Assembly (NCBI GenBank): GCA_033763905.1
Contig: JANRJP010000120.1
Span: 1 to 14,804 of the forward strand
From: Gemmatimonadaceae bacterium
Lineage (GTDB): Bacteria > Gemmatimonadota > Gemmatimonadetes > Gemmatimonadales > Gemmatimonadaceae
Length of the DNA stretch: 14,804 nt
Reading direction: 5' to 3'
Shown: positions 1 through 8,640 of the stretch, piece after piece
How the letters are laid out: every line of letters begins with the position of its first letter
Position numbering within the stretch: the first letter of the stretch is position 1
The notes under the pieces: generated by a model
What the model saw: only the letters and a program-made list of their open reading frames with translations
The model's database searches: none
Told to the model about the DNA's origin: nothing
Position numbers and translations under genes: made by a program

Positions 1-1
1 C

Positions 2-376
2 TTCACGTGGCACGCCGACGATTCGCCGCCGGTGAATCCGATCGGCGATCTCTTCAAGTCGCAGGTCTGGGCGCTGGCGCGGCATCTGGGCATCCCCGAC
101 GCGATCATCGCCAAGCCGGCGAGCGCTGACCTCGTGCAGGGGCAGACCGACGAAGGCGACTTCGGCATTTCGTACGCGAAGGCCGACGTGCTGCTGCACT
201 GGATGCTGCACGGCTTCGACGATGCGGCGCTCGAGGCGCGCGGGTTTCCGCCCGACGAGATCGCGCTGGTCCGGCGTCGCCTCGACAGCACGCACTGGAA
301 GCGCAAGTTGCCGACGGCGGCGATGCTGTCGGCGACCGCCATCGGGGAGTCGTATCTGCGCCCTGTGGACTACTAG
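2..376 (+). CDS. nadE: NAD+ synthetase, C-terminal part (5'-truncated by window edge)
   Basis: Frame is open from base 2 (FTWHADDSPPVNPIGDLFKSQVWALARHLGIP). NPIGDLxKxQV, KPxSADLxxGQTDE and HWKR are NadE C-terminal motifs. Stop TAG at 374-376. Confidence 0.9.
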   Translation, partial: FTWHADDSPPVNPIGDLFKSQVWALARHLGIPDAIIAKPASADLVQGQTDEGDFGISYAKADVLLHWMLHGFDDAALEARGFPPDEIALVRRRLDSTHWKRKLPTAAMLSATAIGESYLRPVDY

Positions 377-382
377 TCGCCA

Positions 383-994
383 ATGGCGTGGGACGAACTG
401 GCGCTCTACGGACGCCTCGGGCTGTCGCACATTACCGACCTTGGCGGGTACGATCACATCGTCTTCGTCGCGGCGCTGACCGTGGCCTACGGCGCCGCGC
501 AGTGGCGGCGGCTGCTCGTGCTCGTCACGGCATTCACCGTGGGGCATTCGGTGACGTTGGCGTTGGCGACGTGGCAGCTCGTCCGCGTGTCGTCGGCGGT
601 CGTCGAGACGGCGATTCCGGTGACCATCGTGGCGACTGCCGTGGCGACGATCGGGTCGCTGGCCGGCCGTGCGGAACCGGTCGGCGGTGGCCCGCGCCCG
701 GCGATGGCGTGGCGCTACGCGATGGCCGGTGGGTTCGGCTTGATTCACGGGTTGGGCTTCTCTGGGTATCTGCGGAGCCTGCTCGGGTCGGAGGTGCCGG
801 TGGCGGCGCCGTTGCTGGCGTTCAACGTCGGCCTGGAGCTCGGGCAGTTGGCGATTGTGGCCGTGGTGCTGGGTGCGGGGACGGCAGTCACGCGATGGAC
901 GCGGATGCCGGAGCGGGACTGGGTGTTGGTGATGTCGGGAGCGGCGGCGGGGATCGCCACCGTGATGACTTTCGAACGCGCCTTCGGGGCGTGA
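383..994 (+). CDS. HupE/UreJ family multi-pass membrane protein
   Basis: LGLSHI..GYDHIVF, VTAFTVGHSVTLAL, FGLIHGLGFS and LLAFNVGLELGQL are HupE/UreJ signatures; several hydrophobic segments. Confidence 0.9.
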   Translation: MAWDELALYGRLGLSHITDLGGYDHIVFVAALTVAYGAAQWRRLLVLVTAFTVGHSVTLALATWQLVRVSSAVVETAIPVTIVATAVATIGSLAGRAEPVGGGPRPAMAWRYAMAGGFGLIHGLGFSGYLRSLLGSEVPVAAPLLAFNVGLELGQLAIVAVVLGAGTAVTRWTRMPERDWVLVMSGAAAGIATVMTFERAFGA

Positions 995-1005
995 GAGGAG
1001 CAGCA

Positions 1006-3086
<2,081 letters not shown>

Positions 3087-3090
<4 letters not shown>

Positions 3091-3629
3091 TTCCCGCGGT
3101 CGTGGCGGTGGCGGTGGCTTTCGCCGGCGGAGGCGCCGGCGGAGCCAGCGGCGTCGCCGCCACGACCGTCGCCCACGACACGCGGGTGAGTTCGACGCGG
3201 ATCGTGGTGGAAGGCCGCACCGTGCTCGTGCGGGTGCGGATGTTTCGTGATGATCTCGACAGTGCGCTGGTACGTCACACGGCACGCCCTACCGCGCGCG
3301 CGATGCGATCCGTCGGTGGGGACAGCCTGCTGACCGCGTATCTCGCACCGCGCATCATCGTGCGCGCCAATGGCAGCATCCTCACCGGCCGCCTGACGGA
3401 TTCGGGCGGCGAGGACGATCCCAGTGGGGAGGCCGTGTGGTGGGTGCTGCTCGAGTACAGCGCCCCCAAGCCCGTCTCGTCGCTGGCGGTTCGGCAAGCG
3501 GTGCTCACCGAAGTGTTTCCGCGCCAGCAGAATCTCGTCACCGCCTTCCGCAGCGCAGACGGCGCTCGGGCGTCGCTCTACTTCACCGCAGGGAGCGACG
3601 CCGAGCAGGCCGTGCAGTTCAGCCGGTAA
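3087..3629 (+). CDS. DUF6702-like exported protein
   Basis: GTGA overlap with the peptidase stop; hydrophobic N-terminus, then HxxxVS, VRMFRDDL, LTEVFPRQQNLV. The pattern and the position after an M1 peptidase match DUF6702 as recalled; no HMM was run. Confidence 0.7.
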
Positions 3630-4523
3630 TCACGTGGTCGCAAGCGCGGCGTGCTCGCCGCGGCGCGCCAGGGTGTCCGCCATCCCGAAGGCACCGAAGA
3701 TCCCGGCCGTCACCTGTGCGAGCATCGCATTGTACGGCCCGAGTGCCCCGCCCATCCCCATATTGTCGACGATCGTGCGGAAGGGTCGCGTGCCCGGTGC
3801 CTGCTCGATCAGCGTCACGATCGCCTGCGCGACTTGGTTCGGGTCTTGCGCCGGATTCGACGCCATCGCCGCTTCGAATCCCTTGAGGAACTGCCGCGCG
3901 GCTTCGGGCATCCCGCCAAGGGTCGCCTCGCGAGCGCTGTCACTCGGCGTCAGGAGGTTTGAGACGAACGCCGTCGGGTATCCGCCCGGCTCGACGATCG
4001 CGACGTCAATCCCGAAGCCGGACAGCTCCAGCGAATAGTTCTCGGCCAACGCCTCCATTGCCCACTTGCTCGCATTGTACGGGCCGTAGAACGGCACCGC
4101 GATGCGGCCGAGCAGACTCGACACGAACAGCAGCAGACCCTGGCCGCGCGCGCGCAGATGCGGCGTGGCGGCGCGCGTCACCCGATGTGCGCCGGTGACG
4201 TTGACGTCGAACAGGCGCTGCAAGTCGGCCGAGGTGAAGGCCTCCTGCACGCCCAGCACACCGACGCCGGCGTTGTTGATGACGACGTCCAATGCGCCCG
4301 CGCGGGCGATCACACTCGCCACCGCCGCGTCGACGCTCGCATCGCTGGTGACGTCCATTTCCAGCACCTCGACACCCGACGCGCGGAGCTCGGCCGCCAC
4401 CCCCGCGTTGCGCCCTCCGATGTCACGAAGCGTACCGAACACCTTGTGCCCCTTGTCGCGAAGGGCCTTCGCCGTGAGGAGGCCGAACCCGCCTCCCGCT
4501 CCCGTCAGCAGTACCGTTGCCAT
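3630..4523 (-). CDS. Short-chain dehydrogenase/reductase (SDR), 297 aa
   Basis: Start ATG at 4523 after a GGGAGAG SD-like sequence. Has TGAGGGFG (TGxxxGxG), NNAG, catalytic YNASK and VEPG. Confidence 0.93.
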   Translation of the reverse strand: MATVLLTGAGGGFGLLTAKALRDKGHKVFGTLRDIGGRNAGVAAELRASGVEVLEMDVTSDASVDAAVASVIARAGALDVVINNAGVGVLGVQEAFTSADLQRLFDVNVTGAHRVTRAATPHLRARGQGLLLFVSSLLGRIAVPFYGPYNASKWAMEALAENYSLELSGFGIDVAIVEPGGYPTAFVSNLLTPSDSAREATLGGMPEAARQFLKGFEAAMASNPAQDPNQVAQAIVTLIEQAPGTRPFRTIVDNMGMGGALGPYNAMLAQVTAGIFGAFGMADTLARRGEHAALATT

Positions 4524-4585
4524 TGCGCTCTCCCATTCTTGGTTGACTTGCCAGACCTGAGGCGCAATAATGGGTGGTAGCCCAA

Positions 4586-4631
4586 AACCCGAAAGTAAGC
4601 ACTTTATTGTGCTGTACTTACCAAGAGGTAA
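4586..4631. promoter_or_regulatory. Tandem palindromic operator sites in the divergent SDR/HxlR promoter region
   Basis: AT-rich spacer with AGCAC-TTTATT-GTGCT (4598-4613), TTACC-AAGA-GGTAA (4618-4631) and a degenerate AAC-N6-GTA (4586-4597). All share an AC-N6-GT core. Confidence 0.6.
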
Positions 4632-4634
4632 CCA

Positions 4635-5033
4635 ATGGTGATGCGACCCCCGCCGACCTGCAGCGTCGAGACGCAAACCGTACGTGACGTGCTCGAGAGC
4701 ATCGCCGACAAGTGGACGTTCGTCGTCCTCGACGCCTTGGACGACGGCACGATGCGATTCTCGGAACTTCAACGCGCCGTTGGTGGCGTGAGCCAGAAGG
4801 TCCTGACCCAGACCCTGCGCGAGATGGAGCGGAACGGCTTCGTGGTGCGCACCGTGTATCCCGAAGTGCCACCGCGCGTCGAGTACGCCCTGAGCCCGAT
4901 GGGGTTGGCGCTCAATGAGGCGATTTGCGCCCTGTGGCGGTGGACCGGCGAGAACTACCCGGACGTGGTGAAGGCGCGCGCGGCCTTCGACGCGCGTACG
5001 CAGGCTGCGGCGTCGCAGGCGGCCGCGTCGTAG
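4635..5033 (+). CDS. HxlR/DUF24 (MarR-type winged helix) transcriptional regulator
   Basis: IADKWTFVVL, MRFSELQRAVGGVSQKVLTQTLREMERNG, VYPEVPPRVEYALS; AGAGG at 4624-4628 upstream. Confidence 0.93.
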   Translation: MVMRPPPTCSVETQTVRDVLESIADKWTFVVLDALDDGTMRFSELQRAVGGVSQKVLTQTLREMERNGFVVRTVYPEVPPRVEYALSPMGLALNEAICALWRWTGENYPDVVKARAAFDARTQAAASQAAAS

Positions 5034-5038
5034 GACGC

Positions 5039-5079
5039 GCAAGAATCGGGTGGATGCAGTGACCGGCCGCGCGTAGCGT
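5039..5079 (+). promoter_or_regulatory. Candidate Ada/Cada2-type activator box with sigma70-like promoter, probably leaderless
   Basis: GCAA-GAAT-CGG (5039-5049), then TGGATG (5051-5056), a 17-nt spacer and TAGCGT (5074-5079). ATG follows after 7 nt with no SD. Confidence 0.5.
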
Positions 5080-5086
5080 CACGCCT

Positions 5087-5974
5087 ATGAGCGACGCCTC
5101 ACCCGACTACGCGCGCATCGAGCGCGCCCTGACCTGGCTCGACGCCAACGCCGAGCGCCAGCCATCGCTGGATGACGCGGCGGCGGTGGCCGGACTCTCG
5201 CCCACACATTTTCAGCGACGCTTCACCGCGCTCGTCGGCATCAGCCCGAAGCGCTACGTGCAAGCCGTGACCGCCGATCGCGCGCGCACACTGCTGGCGC
5301 AGTCGACACCGGTGCTTTCGACAGCGTTGGATGTTGGCCTGTCGGGCCCGAGCCGACTGCACGATCTGCTCGTCGCCACTGACGGCGCGACGCCCGGCGA
5401 CATCGCGCGCGGCGGGGAAGGACTCGAAATTCGTCACGCGTTTCACGCGACGCCCTTCGGCGAGGCGCTCGTGGCGGTGTCGCCGCGGGGCGTCTGTGCG
5501 CTGACGTTTTCGCCGACCAGTGACCGGGCGGCGCGACTCGAGCGACTGCGCCGAGACTGGCCGCGCGCGATGCATCGCGAAGACCCGCAGGCGGGTCGCG
5601 AGGTCGTTGCGCACATCGCGCAGCTCGCCCATCAGGCCGATGCCGCGCCGGATCTCGCGGACTCGCCGCTGACGTTGGTGGTGCGGGGGACCAACCTGCA
5701 GGTGAAGGTCTGGGACGCCTTGCGCCGCATTCCGGCGGGGACGCTGGCCACCTACGAGGACATCGCGCGTGCCGTCGGCGCCCCGACCGCGGTCCGCGCG
5801 GTGGCCGGCGCGATCGGGCGCAATCCGATTCACCTGCTCATCCCCTGCCACCGCGTGGTCCGCAAAACCGGCCACTTGGGCGGCTACGCCGGCGGCCTGC
5901 CGCGCAAGCGGGCGATGCTCGCCTGCGAGCTTTCTGCGCCGGACGCTGCGGTCTCCCACGCGATCGCGGGCTGA
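5087..5974 (+). CDS. AraC-HTH / methylated-DNA-[protein]-cysteine S-methyltransferase fusion (Cada2-like Ada relative)
   Basis: N-terminal HTH (PSLDDAAAVAGLSPTHFQRRF, SRLHD); C-terminal MGMT domain (GTNLQVKVW, ATYEDIA, RAVAGAIGRNPI, IPCHRVV). No Cys-rich N-Ada domain. Confidence 0.9.
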   Translation: MSDASPDYARIERALTWLDANAERQPSLDDAAAVAGLSPTHFQRRFTALVGISPKRYVQAVTADRARTLLAQSTPVLSTALDVGLSGPSRLHDLLVATDGATPGDIARGGEGLEIRHAFHATPFGEALVAVSPRGVCALTFSPTSDRAARLERLRRDWPRAMHREDPQAGREVVAHIAQLAHQADAAPDLADSPLTLVVRGTNLQVKVWDALRRIPAGTLATYEDIARAVGAPTAVRAVAGAIGRNPIHLLIPCHRVVRKTGHLGGYAGGLPRKRAMLACELSAPDAAVSHAIAG

Positions 5975-5992
5975 CTCGGATATTCTTCCCAG

Positions 5993-7132
5993 ATGTCCGA
6001 CGCTCTTCGCCCAGACAGCACCCTCGTTCACGCCGGCGCCGAGCACGACGCCGAGACAGGCGCGGTGTCGCCACCGATCCACTTCGCGACCACGTTCGCG
6101 CGCGATGCCAGTTACGCGTTGCCTGGCCCGTACCTGTACGGCCGCTACGCTAACCCCACGCGTGACCGTCTCGAAGCCGCGCTGACCGCGCTCGAGTCGG
6201 GCGCCGACGCGGCGGCCTTTGCGAGCGGTCTCGCGGCCGCCACCTGCGCATTGCAGGCGACGCTGGCCCCGGGCGCCCATCTGGTGGTGACCGACGGGGT
6301 GTACGGGGGCATTCGGTCGCTGCTGGCCGCGCTCTTCGTGCCGTGGGGGGTGCGCGTCACCTATGTCAACCAGTCGGACCTCGCGGCCGTCGAGGCCGCG
6401 CTTGCCGCGGCGCCTACCGCACTGGTGTGGCTCGAAAGTCCGAGCAATCCGCTCTGGCAGCTGGCCGATATCGCCGCCGTGTCGGCCCTCGCGGCGCGCT
6501 ACGGCGCGCGGACGTTGGTCGACAACACCGTCGCCACACCGCTCGGCCAGTCGCCACTGGCCTTGGGCGCCGACGTCGTGCTGCACTCCACGACCAAGTA
6601 TCTCTCCGGGCATTCGGACGTCACCGGCGGCGCGTTGGTGACGCGCGCCACGGGCCCGTGGTGGGACAAAGTCCGCGAGCTGCAGAAGCTTGCGGGCGCC
6701 GTGCCCTCGCCGTTCGACTGCTGGTTGTTGCTCCGCGGGATCCGCACGCTCGGCGTGCGGCTCGAGCGGCAATCGGCGAGTGCGCTGGCCATCGCGCAAT
6801 GGCTCGAGGCGCAGCCATCGATTCGGCGAGTGCATTACCCCGGACTGCCTTCGCATCCGCAACACGCGCTCGCAGCGCGACAGATGCGCCTGACCAGCGG
6901 GATGTTCTCGGCCGAGGTGTCTGGCGACGCGGCGGCGGCGATCGCCCTCACGACGCGCCTGCGGTTGTTTGCCAGGGCCACGTCGCTCGGTGGCGTCGAG
7001 TCGATGGTGGAACACCGCAAGTCGGTCGAGCCACCCGAGACCCCGACGCCGGAATCGCTGTTGCGATTCAGCGTCGGGCTCGAGGACGTGCGGGACCTGC
7101 TGGACGACCTGCGATCCGCGCTGGCCGTCTAG
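5993..7132 (+). CDS. Cys/Met metabolism PLP-dependent enzyme (cystathionine gamma-synthase/lyase family)
   Basis: TGAVSPPI, YGRYANPTR, FASGLAA, ESPSNP, VDNT, PLP lysine in HSTTKYLSGHSD, SLGGVES, RFSVGLED. The exact reaction cannot be assigned by eye. Confidence 0.93.
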   Translation: MSDALRPDSTLVHAGAEHDAETGAVSPPIHFATTFARDASYALPGPYLYGRYANPTRDRLEAALTALESGADAAAFASGLAAATCALQATLAPGAHLVVTDGVYGGIRSLLAALFVPWGVRVTYVNQSDLAAVEAALAAAPTALVWLESPSNPLWQLADIAAVSALAARYGARTLVDNTVATPLGQSPLALGADVVLHSTTKYLSGHSDVTGGALVTRATGPWWDKVRELQKLAGAVPSPFDCWLLLRGIRTLGVRLERQSASALAIAQWLEAQPSIRRVHYPGLPSHPQHALAARQMRLTSGMFSAEVSGDAAAAIALTTRLRLFARATSLGGVESMVEHRKSVEPPETPTPESLLRFSVGLEDVRDLLDDLRSALAV

Positions 7133-7135
7133 GAA

Positions 7136-7573
7136 CTACGCCGCGAAGGCCAAGGACACCGCCCGCTTCGCGCCGCGCTTGAGCGCGCGATGCACCGCGC
7201 GCGCATAGCGAATGAAATTCGCGCCGGCCCAGGGGAAGCGGTGGAAGAACTCGATCGGGGGCAGATCGCCCTTGAGCCGATTGCAACGGCTGCAGGCGGT
7301 GACGAGGTTGCCGGCGTGATTGGCGCCGCCGAGCGAGAGCGGGTGCACGTGATCGAGCGTGGCCGTTTCGAGCGAGAGGGGCACCGCGCAGTACACGCAG
7401 CGCTGATCGCAGTCGCGGATCGCGGCGCGCTTGTGGGCGCGCTTGGCGTGGAGCGACAGGGTGCGACGACCACTCGGATGCTCGTGGCGTCCCCGTGACG
7501 AGCGGGGATGCCGTTCCCGGTGCGACCGCGAATCGCGACGCGACTCGCTGCGCGTGCTGCGCCCTCGTGCCAT
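7136..7573 (-). CDS. Small zinc-binding HNH endonuclease (145 aa)
   Basis: CVYC...TLDHVHPLSLGGANHAGNLVTACSRCNRLKG. Likely start is ATG 7573, with GAGG 4 nt upstream; Arg/Ser-rich N-terminus. Confidence 0.88.
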   Translation of the reverse strand: MARGRSTRSESRRDSRSHRERHPRSSRGRHEHPSGRRTLSLHAKRAHKRAAIRDCDQRCVYCAVPLSLETATLDHVHPLSLGGANHAGNLVTACSRCNRLKGDLPPIEFFHRFPWAGANFIRYARAVHRALKRGAKRAVSLAFAA

Positions 7574-7584
7574 CAGGCCTCGCG

Positions 7585-7760
7585 TGAAAGCCGACGCCCC
7601 CGCACCGGGCAGGGAAGCCGGTCGGGGGCGTCGAGTGGGGAGCGGGGGCGCGCCGACAGCGGGACCGCCGAATGGCGTCCGCAGGGGCAGAAGGGTCGCT
7701 GGCGTGCGAATCCGATCAATGCGCCTCCACGTGCGGGCAGGCAAGCCCGCGTTATCGGCA
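7585..7760 (-). ncRNA. Candidate structured leader or small RNA upstream of the HNH gene (no known family recognised)
   Basis: Hairpins at 7733-7750, 7659-7682 and 7592-7633. An enclosing helix UGCCGAUA/UGUCGGCG (7760-7753 with 7658-7651) uses G-U pairs that form only on the minus strand. A loop motif is repeated. Confidence 0.4.
7586..7633 (-). terminator. Strong GC hairpin with a short U-run, terminator/attenuator-like, 18 nt before the HNH start
   Basis: CGACGCCCCCG/CGGGGGCGTCG perfect 11-bp arms plus an inner ACCGG/CCGGT stem, followed on the minus strand by GCUUUC. The U-tract is weak. Confidence 0.5.
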
Positions 7761-7774
7761 CATTGGGAACAGGA

Positions 7775-7820
7775 TCTCAAACGCGCAAGAGGGAATTTCG
7801 AAGCCGTTGCGCGTTCGAGA
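7775..7820. repeat. 14-bp inverted repeat with 18-nt spacer between the HIT and HNH genes
   Basis: TCTCAAACGCGCAA (7775-7788) and TTGCGCGTTCGAGA (7807-7820), 13/14 complementary. The mismatch is a G-U pair on the minus strand. Confidence 0.75.
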
Positions 7821-7867
7821 CTTGGGGCGGCAGTCGGCGGAGCCGCGTGCTGGCGCTACTGCTACCG

Positions 7868-8494
7868 CTAGCGCTTCTTGGCGGCGGGCTTGGCCTTGCT
7901 GCTCTTGGCACCGGCGCTCTTGGCGGGGGCCGCCTTGGCGGGCTTGGCGGCGCTCCGGGCCGGCGCCTTGGCCGTCGCGGCCATCCGGTCGGCGGGGCTC
8001 ACTTCGCGCACCGTGCTTTCGGGCGTCTGCCTCGCGGGGTCCTGCCGAAGCGCCGAGCCGATGCGAACGGCCATTGCGTCGAGCATATGGCGGTTCGGCA
8101 TATCAGAACCCGGGAAGGGCAGCGGCACGTCGAAGCCGTCGCCCTTCTTTCGCGGAATCAGATGGATGTGGTAGTGGAACACGTTCTGGCCCGCGGCGGG
8201 CCCGCTGTTGACGATGATGTTCATATCGTCGGCGCCGGCGAGCTTCTGCACGACGGGAATGAGTCGGGTGGTCACCTGGAAGAGGTGCCAGCCCACCGCG
8301 CGCGGAATGTCGTTGAGCGTTTCGTAGTGATCGCGCGGAATGACCAGCACGTGGCCGGGGTTCACCGGCTGAATGTCCATAAAGGCCAGCGCGACGTCGT
8401 CTTCGTAGCAAATGGAGACCTCGGCGGAACCCTGGACGAGGTCACAGAAGATGCAGTTGGCCTTCGAATGCTGCGGCTGACGGCGAGCGGGCAT
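7868..8494 (-). CDS. HIT family nucleotide hydrolase with Ala/Lys/Pro-rich C-terminal tail (208 aa)
   Basis: CIFC, AFMDIQPVNPGHVLVIP, GQNVFHYHIHLIPR (histidine triad). ATG 8494 is chosen because it lies just before CIFC. Confidence 0.92.
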   Translation of the reverse strand: MPARRQPQHSKANCIFCDLVQGSAEVSICYEDDVALAFMDIQPVNPGHVLVIPRDHYETLNDIPRAVGWHLFQVTTRLIPVVQKLAGADDMNIIVNSGPAAGQNVFHYHIHLIPRKKGDGFDVPLPFPGSDMPNRHMLDAMAVRIGSALRQDPARQTPESTVREVSPADRMAATAKAPARSAAKPAKAAPAKSAGAKSSKAKPAAKKR

Positions 8495-8584
8495 TGGCGG
8501 AGTCGAGAGCAGAACGAGCGCGGCGCAATGCCGCAGAGTGTGACGACAAAGTTGCACTCGCCCGACGAGGGGGGAAAGGCACAC

Positions 8585-8618
8585 GCCCCCCGGAAGCCGC
8601 GAGGGGTTTCCGGAGGGC
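8585..8618 (-). terminator. Hairpin downstream of the giant lipoprotein gene, probable terminator
   Basis: Minus strand GCCCTCCGGAAACC-CCTCGC-GGCTTCCGGGGGGC: 14-bp stem with one G-U and one mismatch, 22 nt past the stop, followed by GTGTGCCTTT. Confidence 0.6.
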
Positions 8619-8640
8619 GGGTGGGACTACCCGGCTGGGT

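Noticed and set aside
388..1005. N-terminal 206 aa of the 900-aa ORF
   Set aside because: Out-of-frame shadow of the HupE/UreJ gene; the SD and signal peptide place the start at 1006.
4524..5042. N-terminal extension of the 470-aa SDR ORF
   Set aside because: Antisense to the HxlR gene and spans the promoter; the Rossmann motif begins right after ATG 4523.
5099..7015. 638-aa minus-strand ORF
   Set aside because: Antisense to two well-supported genes; Arg-rich with no recognisable domain.
5993..7132. Specific symbol metB, metC or mgl
   Set aside because: Family members cannot be told apart reliably without phylogeny or assay.
7136..7820. IscB/HEARO, Cas9 fragment or mobile homing element
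   Set aside because: The protein is 145 aa with no PLMP or RuvC segments; no transposon ends, intron features or repeat-spacer array.
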